The notes beneath the pieces were generated by a model. It was given only the letters and a program-made list of their open reading frames with translations. It was not told where the DNA came from and made no database searches. Made by a program: the position numbers and the translations under genes. From Styela clava (lineage: Eukaryota): a DNA stretch of 64,000 bases. Below, piece by piece: positions 12,064-25,006 of the stretch. How positions within the stretch are numbered: the first letter of the stretch is position 1; each line of letters starts with the position of its first letter. The stretch lies in assembly GCF_964204865.1 (NCBI RefSeq), contig NC_135250.1, positions 17,422,001 to 17,486,000 of the forward strand. Direction: 5' to 3'.

Positions 12064-13267
12064 ATGAATTCTGCATTTTTAATCGTTTTGATCATTGCAT
12101 GTTGTATTGGATGCGTCGTTTCTGTTTGTTATCGGGAAGTAGGATGTGTAAACACGAGGAAAAAATATAGAGATTATAAAATCGGACAAAGATGGAAATC
12201 ATCATCGGATCCATGTTATTCTTGCAAATGTATTAAAAGAAAGAAATTCGCGGTAAGGGCTTAGTTTTTATTGCGTATACATGATAATATGAACACAGTA
12301 GCATAAAGTTTAAAATATTGTATTATGTATAATATGTTTCCATGTCAATGTAGTTAGTGTTCGCTACAATATTTTAATTTATGCACTACGAATGCGGATT
12401 GTTCAAAAACGTTTTCTTATTAATTTTGCAGATGGCATGTCTCGAGCCTGTGAATAAACGAACGGAATTATCAGTCAGAAAAAGTTTATTCACTGGACGA
12501 TTTGAATCATCCGTAAACTACAATTTATCTGAAGACAGAAGAATTTCCGAACTTGAAACAATGGAATGCCCACCAACGCCAATACCAGTCTACAATTGGA
12601 CAACTGGAACGTTTGAACCAACCAAGATAGTTTATTACTACTATATCAGAAAAGTATCGAGATGTTGTAGTAGGTCAGTTACTTTATTGAACTAACAATT
12701 TTGAATTTTTTAATAAAAAGTGTTAACAAAGGTTGAAAAATAAGAAAAGTGGGGTGTATATGTTTCAACGAATAAACAGTTTTTTTATGGGCTATACATA
12801 TTTTGTTATACGAAACAAATATAATAAAGATTTTGGACCTCCTAAAGTATGCGCACCAAGATGGCGCACAACCTGAACTCAGGTTGTGCACCAGGTTAGG
12901 GTTCAGGTTATGCGACATCTTGGTGCGCATACTTCAAGAGTACCAAGATTTTTTTATGAGATAAGTAACGCCAAAATTTTTGATCCTTTAAAGTTTATAG
13001 TCTAAATAATGCAGTTTATGTGAGTGCGTTTTATACGCGACTTGCATCTAGTATTCAAAATTCGATGCTATTCTTATCTGAACTAGACTATTCAAAATTA
13101 ATCGAAACAATGATACTGCTTGGAACTAAAAATGTTTATATATTTATAGGTTTACCAAGTTTTCCTACGTGCACCCTTCATGCAAGGTTGTTAAAATCAG
13201 CAGATGCCAATCGAAAGCGGTAATGAAGAATAATCCGCGTAAAATATGCGGCAAGAGGATGTCTTGA
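12064..13267 (+). CDS. MSMB/PSP94-like secreted Cys-rich protein, paralog 2; join(12064..12252,12432..12673,13150..13267); probable upstream exon ending at 11415 (ATG AAG|gtaagt)
   Basis: MNSAFLIVLIIACCIGCVVS-VCYREVGCVNTRKKYRDYKIGQRWKSSSDPCYSCKCIKRKKFA|MACLEPVNKRTELSVRKSLFTGRFESSVNYNLSEDRRISELETMECPPTPIPVYNWTTGTFEPTKIVYYYYIRKVSRCCSR|FTKFSYVHPSCKVVKISRCQSKAVMKNNPRKICGKRMS*. Intron positions and phases (0, 2) are identical to the paralogs. The stop is 3 codons earlier than the family stop at 13274-13276. Confidence 0.87.
12833..12946. mobile_element. Palindromic MITE in the last intron of paralog 2
   Basis: Inverted arms AAGTATGCGCACCAAGATG / CATCTTGGTGCGCATACTT with an internal GGTTAGGGTT motif. 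Confidence 0.75.
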
Positions 13268-16200
13268 GTTGGATGAAACAATATCGCAAATTGCCAAGTT
13301 TATTTTGTCAATAATATAGATAGGCTTTACAGAAAAATGATATAAGAATCTTGTTTCAATATTACAATTAGGAGGGTGTTGAAAATGACAAACTGTTCAT
13401 GCAGCTGGTGTCAGTCGATTAAAAGTTGCTCCACAGTTTTTATCTTTTTTCATTATATAAATACTTAACCATGCATTAAAGTGATATCAGTTTCATTTTT
13501 AAATGTAGGTATCAGCTTTATTGTTATTCACTTTCTGTTTGTTTTTTGTGTCACAATGACGTCATATGGTAATCAGGAGTTAATAGCGATTGCTTGATTG
13601 ATGGTTTCGAATGTTGTTTTTTCCCTCATTAGCATCAGTTCATTAAATTACGCGTGTTGTACGAGTTTGGTTCAGTTTGACAGAGAGGAAATTAAAATGT
13701 GCTTATGACTATTCATGTCCAACAATGTACGATAAAAATAGAAGGTCATCTGACAAGAGCATTCTGAAAATAGTCGTACATGTTCTATTTTTGTGTGGCT
13801 TTCAGTTAATTATAGTAGATGACGTCAATTTCCCGACATGAATCAATTATAAATTCCATTTTAATAACATTCCTTAACAAAATTGATAGCTATTTCTCTG
13901 TAGATATGTAGAATTGACTAAATTCAGACATCCCTGAAGATTTGCAAATCTCTTATAGCGTTTTTAAAATACAAAAAAGACGCCCAAACATGGAATTATT
14001 TTGTAAATTGTTGAACATTGTTATGAGCCTTTTATAATGTCTTAGTCATTATAAATATAAAGAAAACACAATCGTAGCAGTTAAAATTATGAACGTATGT
14101 TGGCGATACAGAGACGATATACCTCGACAGCAAATTGAATGAACGATGTGCGTTCAGCACGAACTTACCAATATTACTTCTACAGAAACACGCGTGGTGG
14201 CAAAATCTTAAAGTCAGAACAATTTCAGGTAGAATAATATATACCGAAGAATATTCAAACAATCATTCAGATTTCTATATAATTTTGATCAAGCAAAGAT
14301 TAAAGTTCTGTAAAACATTCTTAGTACGAAACAGGCGTAAATATCGTTTTATAATAAAAAAAATGTCAATTTATCTGTGGCTCAGTTATATCAAAGCGAA
14401 TAAAAGTTTTATCTATTTACATTGTACAATAGGAGGAAATTACGAAAATTATTTCAAAATACTGAAATTCGATGTATTTTTGTATGAAACCCCGTAAAAT
14501 ACGCATTTTTCATCGCAATTCTCGGATCGCCAAAATTTGATTTATAATATTTAACAATATTTTTATAAGTAAACACACTATATTTGGACTATCGACCTTT
14601 GTGAGGTAATCAATTTGAATGTCGTGCTAAACTGAAAACCTCTGACAGGAAGTCACATGGAAACAAAGTAATATAATTATTGCCTGTATGCTTTTGCAAA
14701 TGTCATATGAAACTATTTGAACTCGCCAATCCTGACGCCAATATGACGTATTAAAGAAACGTGTTTACTCTGTTGTTGAACCCCAGTAAAACAAAAATGT
14801 TTTAGTGTTGTTTTTCGAAGGTTTTTTGACATTGAATCAATCGTATTTAATCAGTTAGTCATGCTTAGCAAAAACAAGTTACTTCTCTGAACAATTATTT
14901 TCTAATTTACCAAGTTTTTATGTAAGTGAACATTTTTTCATATTCAAATATCAAATTTTTACTCACAATAATATAACATTTTTGCACTCCATGCAACATC
15001 ATTGCAATATTGATTATAAATCACATGTATTTCCTTATAATCGAGCACTTTTTGTGAGTTTTTGAAGTTCCATATATTTCCCATTTTTACTGAAACTTTT
15101 CATGTTAAAATGTTACTGCGTCTTGAATTATCAATCATTTCGAACAAATTTGCACACAGCGGAATTAATTTCCGGTCATAATTCTTGGTATGCAGCATTA
15201 AGACGATCTAATACGATGAGCAATCTTTAAACTAAATTGCGTAAGCGAATGACATTCAAATGATCATTTGAATCCATCAGAAAATGCAATGCGTAATTTG
15301 CGGATATCTTAACAAAGATTGCAAAATAGGGTTGGTATATTCAACGTACTTATTTTTAATCAAAAAAAATTAATAGTTGTTCAGACTAAGCTGCTCATCT
15401 GCATGATATGGCAAAAAAGAATGGTGATTATCGGAATGCGAGAATGAAAATATCTATCATATGCTATGCCCCTACTGCAATAGAAGATACAAAAGCGATC
15501 GCGATTCAATAAATATTACAAATTATTAATGAATCACTCTATTAATCAATTTAATAACTTTTTTACTATAAATATCATTAATTAATATAACATGTATGTA
15601 ATATAATATTATAAAACAATATCAACAATCCATATCACTAACAATTATATTGCAATATTTGTATGAATATAAAGTGCTAAGCAACAGTGAGCTTGGGGAT
15701 TTTGACACGTCATTGCGTGCATACAATACAGCAATTCAAATAAACCAGTCTGTATTCTGAAGACGTTGAAACTTTCTGCCTAATCGAGGTTCATCATTTT
15801 AAAAGGTACGAATGTGATTATACGATAACCTGAAATTGTTCAGTGCATGTTTAAAGCATGCCACAATGATTGGAATTTGGAATGAATATCCTGTTTTTTG
15901 AGTATTTAATTTAAAATAGAATTTTCGTCTTAAAGAATTTGAAAAATGGGCTACCCTGCTATTTTGAGCACAAATAGAATTCAAATATTTGAAAATCAAT
16001 TATATCGGCCAATGAAATTTTTGTAAGTATATTACCAGTTAAATGTTCTATAAAACATTGATTGAAACTGTTCCTGAAAATGAGTAACCTTGCTAAAATT
16101 TTCTCATATTTACAATCGATTAGTGCAAGATAATTAACAGTTGTCATGTTCAGGAAGGTTAAATTGTACTGGGGGTCAGAGATTATTTACACTCTCTATT

Positions 16201-17139
16201 TTGTTGCTCAATGGTAACATTTTATTTAAAACAAAGCGTAATAATATGTTTGTACGAAACGGAAACACGATTTCGAGAATTAAGCGATAATGAAGGCGAA
16301 ACGTTGCGGCATAATTTCATGGTAAAATATGTAATTACGCATTTTTTTAAAATTGTTTAATGTCGCAGATGAATCATTTGATGACAGTTTATACAAGGCA
16401 TAAACACGTCTGCTTTCAATGTCAAGAATCGGTAACTACTGAATATTATACAACTTATATAATTGAAAACGACCTTTATCTTGATAATACCACGCAAAAT
16501 TAATCCTGGCGCTCAGTTCACTAGGCAAATCAGCACATAGAACTGATTGCGTGCAGTGTTTTATTAAATTTACTTGATTTCAATTCACCACAGTGCGCAG
16601 TTCAACCTGGCTGTTCAAGGTAACGCATAGCCACATGCTTTGGGCAATGCATGCTCGAATTATCAGGTTGTGAAAATAGCTATGAAATATACAACTATTT
16701 TTAATGGTTTTATTGTAATATCATTATTTATCTAACCATATAACTAAAAATTCTAACAGTTTGTATTTGTATTTTCAATTTGGACGTCATTTATTATAAT
16801 CGCTTGCGACTCTAGCAAAAAATGGCATTCATATATGCAGCATCCCGTATCCAATGATTGTGACATCGTACATCCTTTGACGTTTGAGATCAACAGTCGT
16901 CCGCATTAGCGCAATGAAGATATTGATTGGTTCGTCGTCATCTCGTCCAAACATTAAACGATTTCCTATAAAATAAGTAAATTCAAGTGTTAACTTCTGA
17001 ACATAAATTTTCGTACAAAAACCCTAGGCTATCAGTTTTTTGACATCTTTGTGATATTTCTAGAGTGCTTGTAGAATTTGAATTCATCCCTATATCATTG
17101 GAGTATAGTAAATTTTTACCAATTTTTTGAAATTTAACA

Positions 17140-17870
17140 CACGAATATTTTGAACATCACACTTGGCCACCGCTTAAACCATTACCCATTAATTTATCTA
17201 TAAAATTAGTGGCAATATTTATCAAATTCTTGGAACTTGAATTGCCATTCAGTAATAATGAGAGCTCGACAAAAAATACTGGGTAATATATTGCATGGCT
17301 AATGTAGTTACAATTATCAATTAAAAAAAAACGGAATGAATGTAGAAATCAGCAAACATTGTCACATTGAATTAACAAAGATCCATGATTATTATAAAAT
17401 TTAATGACTCTGCGGGGTTCACTGCGATCAGTGTTCCAACCATCAAAAACCGGTATTGCTTTCGGACTTGCTACTAGAATACTGTAAACTTCCTTAATGT
17501 TCCGAAGTTTTAAATGGTTGTTTGTTATTATTCTGGGGCTTGCTTTCATTTACTTCTGAACCTCCAAGCAAAACTAATGTTAATTACATGTAATTTGCGT
17601 TGCGCGATGTTAGTTGTTTAACTATCGATTAGATGGTTTAACTACCAAAGGCCTCGCTCATCAATAATAACAGCGCTCCAACAATCGAGTTGCTAAAACT
17701 TGCTAATGTTTATTTAATTATTTGGACCTTGGGTGTCGCTGCTTGATAACCATCTTTGGTTCCCCACAACTTCCCTTCCCCATTGAAATGTGTATTCAAT
17801 ATTATTCGTTTGAACATTGCGTGTTAATTTTGTTTTACTGGATGGAAAAAATAAACTTGACTATGACTTT
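17140..17870 (+). mobile_element. Probable decayed LINE (CR1/L2-type) 3' end
   Basis: GC-richer structured tail ending AATAAA plus a short repeat (cttgactatgact); upstream sequence is decayed. Confidence 0.35.
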
Positions 17871-20800
17871 GTAACCTGTTCCAACAATTTATCATAGCGA
17901 TCAAAAAAATCTTTGTAAGTTGATAATACTGTTTGATTAAATTTTTATGCTTAATCTCGAACAAAAAGGAATCTAATTATTCCATCACGAACTTTTGACT
18001 ATTATTGCGAATAACCAATGGATATTTTTATTGTTCGGAAAAAAAATTATCGACAATCATGAATTTGGAAACATTATAACGGACATTAAAATTTTAATTA
18101 CCTTTTGTGTGAATCTTATTTGCTTTTTATATATTTGTGATTCATTTTTATGAAACTATTTTGAGAAATTTATCCATATATAAAATAACTAAAATTGCGG
18201 CCAAAAGCACCATCATAATAATAGTCTTAGCTGCATTTATCACTGCAAAAAATATTACTTTGCCAATAAACATGAAATTATTTGACGTCATATTATATCG
18301 AAACAAATCACTTACAACATTTATTGTATTTATTAATTATTTTGGTTATTCAAGTCAAAGCATGATGATATTTTTATCCAAATTTTCTTTTTCTCCGGTT
18401 GATTGAATACTTACAACACGAAAATGTGTATTTTCGTCTTACAAAGAACTTTTTAGGAGTTCATAACTATGACAATATAATGAGATTGTGCCTATTCATT
18501 GTTGTCGATGATTACTTCTTGTGCTGATTTAAATAAGAGCAAAAATATGTTATGAAACGGTAAATTTGTCAATAGTTGATATGGTGTTATATAAAAATCC
18601 GTAGTATTGTAATGCACTTCTGTTGAGCATATAGTATGAGCGATCCAATAATTAATTAGCCAGTTGGCTAATATAACGGAAACACAAAACGAGAGCTGAA
18701 ATATTATTGTTGTTCGACACGATTAAACCAACCGATTGGATTTCCTCTTTCTCAAATTGAAAATGTTGCTTAATCCTTAATTGAACATTTTAGGACATAT
18801 AAAAACGTATCTGTCTTTCCAAATATTTTGAATTCCGCCAATTTATGGTATGTTAGTTACAGATTCCAGAAGGATCACAATCCGAAAATAGAGTCAATTG
18901 TCTTTAATTATAGTCATTCGTTTTGCCGCCAATAACAAGATGGTGATTGACGTCATCTAATGATGATAAGATCTATTTTTCAGTCAACATTTTCATAATG
19001 GCAAGAGAGGTTTCATATACATATAAGAAAAGAACCTATAATTCCGCTTATGTAATTATGACAATATATAAGCAGGTCTATAAACGACCGAAAAACGAAA
19101 ACAAAAATGTCCAAGAAATAAATTGCTAGGGCAATTTTAAGCTTCAAATGAGTTTTCTTGAAATGTTCATACATCTTGATAAACTTCGATTCAAATGTGG
19201 CACATTCTCAATGCGATTTTCAAACAAATTGTTAGAATTGTTTATTTGCCAGTTTCGAGTAATTAATATTACCTAAGAATATTATATTGTTGACATATAG
19301 AAGCAATGAGGATAATTAGCAGTAGCAAATTTTTGTTCTATATTAATAATATGCTTTTCTATTGATCATGTTATGATATAATAATTATTTCACACCAAAT
19401 CTACTTGTATTATATAACTAAAATATTAAATTTGTATATATACTTTATGTGAGAAGAGAGTGCTGGAAGAAATTAAAGACTAATATAGTGGTTATGTATA
19501 GGTGGATTTGATATAAATATATATATTGTCATTGTATCTTTAATATCTTGAGTTCAGCCACTCCATCCTATACTTTCGTAATCCAACTTTACCTTCTGAC
19601 TGCTTTTACAAAATATCCAATACGCATTAGAGTGGTGGATCAACATTTTAGTGGAACGTTTTGAAGAAATTCTGGAATTTCTGAAAAAAATTAACATAAC
19701 CTTTGCGATTAGGGTTAGTTTTGAGAAATGATAGTATTTTCTATTTGGAGAAAGTTTGATAATTATCAAATTGTTGTACATGACTCGTTATAATATCAGA
19801 AATATTTTATTTTCATGTGTCCAAACCATTCAAGGTTGCATTGTACTTGATAATGTTACTCAATCGATATATATTCTCCACCAGTACCGATGTGCTAGAA
19901 TTCCATCCAATGCAGCAAAGTATAGCACGTAAACCAAAGCTATTTTGTATAGTGTTGTCTTCATTGGATCATCGTCATAACTTTATTTTTTACCATTTTT
20001 AATATAGCGGTTCTACGCGCCTTTAACTTCGAAAAACAGTCATGGGCGATACGTAAGGAGCTACATATTATTTGGGGGGAAATGAATCTATCCGGTTCGG
20101 CGGCATTGTCTAATCAATTCATTACACTTTGAGTGAGTTAGGCGCATAATGGGATTGAGCCCAAAATGTGTAATCTGCGATGCCAACAAAGTTAAGTTTA
20201 ACACTTCAACGTTGGGCCAACGCGCCGCTCAAATATAATCCACGAACTTATTCAATAGTTGTCTCATCTCCGTTTAGTTATTCAACTTTGTTACTATGTT
20301 CCATTTTATATTACCAAGAATGCTTGGGATACGTACTATAACTATAGGTTCCTCGAGAGGACGCACGTGGGTAAAATCTTAAACTTGTAGTAAACACTGA
20401 TGGTTGAAGGTAAGACCTACGCCCAAAATATCCAGACAATATAATATAAAAATATATATAGATTTATATATCATGAGAATGGGATTTCAACACAACGTCA
20501 ACGTTCAACCAGCAATGTTTTTAAACATTTTTAAAGGGAATTCGAGCAACAAGACTACATGGCATTTTTGCACAAGTAGCACCAGATTCAATTAAAGCTT
20601 CTTAGACGGACGGTATTTAGCAAAGTTTTTCTGACAACTTATTTCCGACGTTAATAACATCTGCAAGTTATCGATGCAATACAACGGAAGTGAATTTAAA
20701 GTCAAGTAACAATATATTTTGACGATGCATCGTTTATAGATGAAATTCAGTCTAGACAAGTTAAGTTGAAGAATAGTAACGTTGTGAAAAATATACAAAT

Positions 20801-21710
20801 TTTTAACGCTGATTAATTGAAAAAGTTATATAATGTATTTTTTGTCGAATATACTGTTTCAACCCAGTAAAAATTGATTGCTGACCGCTTTACTTCACTA
20901 TTTATTCGTTGTTATTTTGTTTTCAGTGAGAAGATAATTAATCACGTGATTTTTGTTTCAAAATTGACGGTTTTTGTAAATTCCAAATTTTGAATGTTGG
21001 TTGAGATTTTATAGATTTCTCACACCTATCCGTGAATTAATGACACCATTACTATTATACTTCAATATTGAAACAAGTAATATTGACAAGGATCGATTGC
21101 AGCTTTAACTGATTGTAACTTTTTCCTGCAGATTTCCCAACATTTAAGTAGTAAATAAATAGCCACAAAGAATAAATAATCAATTTGGCAGAAGAAAGGT
21201 CCAGAGCTCTAATTGTAACCAAGAGTTAGATATAAATTCATTATATCTAATAATATAATTCAATTCCGTGCCAACATCATTTAGCATTGACGTCAGATTT
21301 ATTATTTCGCGGAGGCCATATTATTTCACTTTAATATTTTTGTGTACAGTCGATTTTCAATATATGTAAAATGCCGGCGTTTCTCCCAAGTGACAATTAA
21401 AAATCAATGTGCTTTTTTCGATGCCAGAACATTTTCATGTCGATTCATCATCAATTCTACAATTATATATTGTGATTTGACGTCATAATGTTGGCAGTCC
21501 TGTCTCAGACGGAATCCCAATTTAACATCATCAATCTATTGGCAATAAAATGAATAATAGTGTAAAAAAAAACTTTCCAAAAAACGAGAGAATAGTCAAA
21601 CATGCGTGTGGTTATTTTTATTATCTCGTTTTAACGTTCTCTCGGTCTAAAATAATGCTAACATATTTGCCAAGAGACATATAACAACTTCTTTTTTCAT
21701 CGTGTAAAAC

Positions 21711-21718
21711 TATATAAA
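21711..21718 (+). promoter_or_regulatory. TATA box, paralog 3
   Basis: TATATAAA ~110 nt upstream of donor AAG|gttcgt (21826); TGACGTCA sites at 21288 and 21478. Confidence 0.6.
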
Positions 21719-21902
21719 GGCTGCAATTCACAGTTGCACACCATCTTATGATTGCGACGTAGAGGAAAACGGACAACTCAACTCAGAGGAACTTCACGTC
21801 TAAATACATTCTCTAAATCAACAAGGTTCGTACTTAGATTTTTGCGACTGAGCCAACGTTTTTTTACATTAAAAATATTAAAAGTTGAATTTTACTTTAC
21901 AG

Positions 21903-23080
21903 ATGCACTCTGTTCTTTCTACCGCATTAATTGTTGGAGTTTTGATCGGTTACGTTGCTGCAGCATGCTACAGAGAAGTCGGCTGTTCAAGCACATGGGG
22001 AAAAGGAAGAACTTACAGAATTGGACAAAGGTGGAAACCAAAATCGGACCCATGCTACGTCTGCAAGTGTGTGAAAGCAAAGAAAATTGTGGTAAGGAGA
22101 AAAGTATGAATATACAGCCCCATTTTAGTTGTGTCGTTTTGATATGTACCAATTAGGAAAGCGCAAATTTGACAACGGCTGGTAAAACTTCATAATTTAC
22201 TTTCAATCAATACATGAACAAAAACATTATTTAATCTTGGGAATATCTTAAGAAACGTTTGTTTGTCAATTGCTAATATTTAAGTTGTTTCTCTACAGCT
22301 AAAGTGTCAAGTTGCAATTGACGAACATCCAAAAACTGTCAAAAAGAGCCTATTATCTGCACGTTTTGAATCCATGTCCGTGAATGCCAAAAACGAAGAT
22401 ATAAAAATTACAAGAAAAGAAGCAAAAACCATAGAATGTCCTCCAATTCGTGCGCCGATCTACAACTGGGCTACTGGTACTTTTGAACCAATCACATACA
22501 AGAATGTCTACTATTATTACATACGAAGAGTGTCAAGTTGCTGTAGCAGGTTAGCATTTTTTTGTATAAAATGTTTGTAAAATAGTTTCCCCATTACCTA
22601 TATGTTAGGTATATACCAAAAACATATGTTATTGAGATACCAAGAGTGTTCTGAAGCTTTTTCGCATAATAATGTTTGTACTTCGGGCTGTACAAAATAG
22701 CTCAGGATCATTGGTGCTTTTAAGATGAGGCGCTTGGTAGTTTTACTTTTATTTTTATTTACAACTCAGTGATATTGCTTCTGAATTTAGCATGTGTATG
22801 TCAATGTAACATAACATTTATAAAATATGGTTCCAGATGGGAATTGTATACAAATTAATCAAAGTGTTATTAAAATCTTACGCCAGATCTTACGATACAA
22901 TGTGGTCAAATTCAAAAATGTAGTTGGGAATAACTTATTCCTATATTTTTCAGGTTTATCGGCTACACAAGTGTCCACCCAGCCTGTAAAGTCGTCAAAA
23001 TCAGCAAGTGCAGATCAAAAGCTGTCAGAAAAGATAATCCACAAGAAAGATGCAATCTTTCCATGCGCTACGTCGGGTGA
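21903..23080 (+). CDS. MSMB/PSP94-like secreted Cys-rich protein, paralog 3; join(21903..22091,22299..22549,22954..23080); non-coding exon 1 ends at 21825
   Basis: MHSVLSTALIVGVLIGYVAA-ACYREVGCSSTWGKGRTYRIGQRWKPKSDPCYVCKCVKAKKIV|LKCQVAIDEHPKTVKKSLLSARFESMSVNAKNEDIKITRKEAKTIECPPIRAPIYNWATGTFEPITYKNVYYYYIRRVSSCCSR|FIGYTSVHPACKVVKISKCRSKAVRKDNPQERCNLSMRYVG*. All splice sites are GT-AG. AATAAA at 23313. Confidence 0.88.
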
Positions 23081-23597
23081 AAATGGATTGTGACGTTTTT
23101 CCAAATGCGACGGGCATTTAGTTTTTCAACAAGAAAACGTGCGTTTTATTGAAGCAGGGTACATGCAAATGTTATTTCTGCAAGAGCCTAATGCAGTGTG
23201 GCAACGTGAAAAAAGGAAAGAAATGTACAAGAGGTCAAAAAGCGAGGAAATTGTCATTCAGCGATTTAAAATTATTGAATAATTGTTTCTATTATTTTTA
23301 TTTTTATGTTTTAATAAATGAGGGAAAAGATAATATTTTGTTGTTTATCTTTTTAAAACGAAATATTGTGTATATAGTTGATCACGAGGAAATTGATCGC
23401 TTGGTATAATATCCAACGCCCACACCACACCTTCTGAACAGATGTACATGCATGTCCATGTAAAGGGCCTGGCATGAATAAGGCAAATATGGGCCAATTA
23501 TGATATTCAATTTTTCAACACGAACTAAGTTTGAACACACACATAGCCACACGAATAGATGTTATACGCCATCATCATGACAATAAGTTCCCTAATC

Positions 23598-23890
23598 TTT
23601 GCATCCACGTACATTCGCACCCGTAAATTGCACTAAGGACATTTGCACCTGCATAGTCTTACACCCACCCACATCCAGAGACATTTGCATCCATACATTT
23701 GTACACACAAATTTTAGCATCCGCATATAGATTGCATCCGCTTACATTTGCACTCATGGACATCTGTACCCATGTACATTTGCACCCTCGTACATTTGCA
23801 TTTGTCGATGGGTGGAAAAGTATACAGGTCGAATGTCCTAGATGCAGTTCACGTGTGCAAATTTAATAGGGTGCAGATGTGCTGTCACCT
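23598..23890. mobile_element. MITE-like element built from CATTTGCA(C/T)C repeats
   Basis: About ten direct copies of acatttgcac/tc followed by inverted copies (gtgcaaat, gggtgcagatgt). Confidence 0.6.
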
Positions 23891-24832
23891 GTCAATACCA
23901 TGGTAATATGAGCGTTGTTTACCACAAAAAGTATCCATGTATGGATTTGAGCTATTATTAGTCGCACGTGGTTCCAGGCACGCTATGGTTTTTGTTTGTG
24001 TTCAATACAAATTTAACCGTAACGCTGTGAATAGCACTACAATGAACGGCATGTCAATGATGAATTGATAAGCCAGAAGTCCGTAGCATCAAAGTTAATC
24101 TGTGTAGGTAGAGCAAAGGGTTTAAGGTTTAATTAAAACTTTTAGATTTGTATATGTTTTCGCTGTCCCGGCAAAAATTGAATCTGTCAATCAGCAAATA
24201 TGTTTTAGGTATGGACAAATATGCATAACCAGGAAAGACGTTGCCTTTATATGAAATATATATATTTTTGGAGAAAGAAAAATTACATTTCAAGATATCA
24301 TATTAATTAGGGGCAAAAGTATACTACGCGTAAAGGATGTAAAACAACAAATGACAAACAACTTTAGCCACGGAAAAATTCCTTTGCCAAGTCGACAATT
24401 AAGATTCCTATAATTTCAATCTCCAATAATCCCCAAGTGAGCGATTGCTTCTCTATAGCAATGGTCTTCATCCTCTTTGGTGGCGCGAAACTCCAATAAA
24501 ACATTCCAGAGAATCGAAAAACGCCTGTGTAATATATATTTGTAGGACTGTAAGTAGAACTGAAATGCAAGCATTACACTTGCAAAACAAAATTATCAAT
24601 AAAATTTAGAAATAATAATAATAGTGGCAAACGTAATTGGCATTTAAATATATTAAAACAATATAGATATATATCTAACGTCATTAACAGCAGTCGCAAA
24701 CCTTGAATAAGCCTAAATCATCGCCATATTAGTTAAGCGACAAATGGTTGAGAAATAATGTTCATCGAGCACAAAGATTTGATTTTCTGTACAAAGCCCC
24801 CACCTCTAATGGAAAAATGTGATATTTGAGAA

Positions 24833-25006
24833 AAACACGTTGTAAAATAAGAAATTAGTATCAGTAGTAATTAGGAAATTAGTTATCTAGTTGGGGTTAG
24901 GGTTGGTGTTAGGTATGATTTGAAAATTTGAATTCCCAGCGCAATCTGCATTCCTAACCCGAACCCTAACTAGATAATTACTAATTTCTTATTTTACAAC
25001 GTGTTT
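24833..25006. mobile_element. Palindromic MITE
   Basis: Arms AAACACGTTGTAAAATAAGAAATTAGTA and reverse complement, with inner GGGTTAGGGTT / AACCCGAACCCTAAC. Confidence 0.75.

Noticed and set aside
13277-13620. SECIS element downstream of paralog 2
   Set aside because: ATGA...AA...GA spacings exist (e.g. ~13556-13597) but the helix did not pair convincingly by eye.
19555-20595. Additional family pseudogene (SDCFYKI at ~19600; KTTWHFCTSSTR at ~20555)
   Set aside because: Similarity is too short and weak, and the W..CxxCxC, CC and exon-4 motifs are missing.
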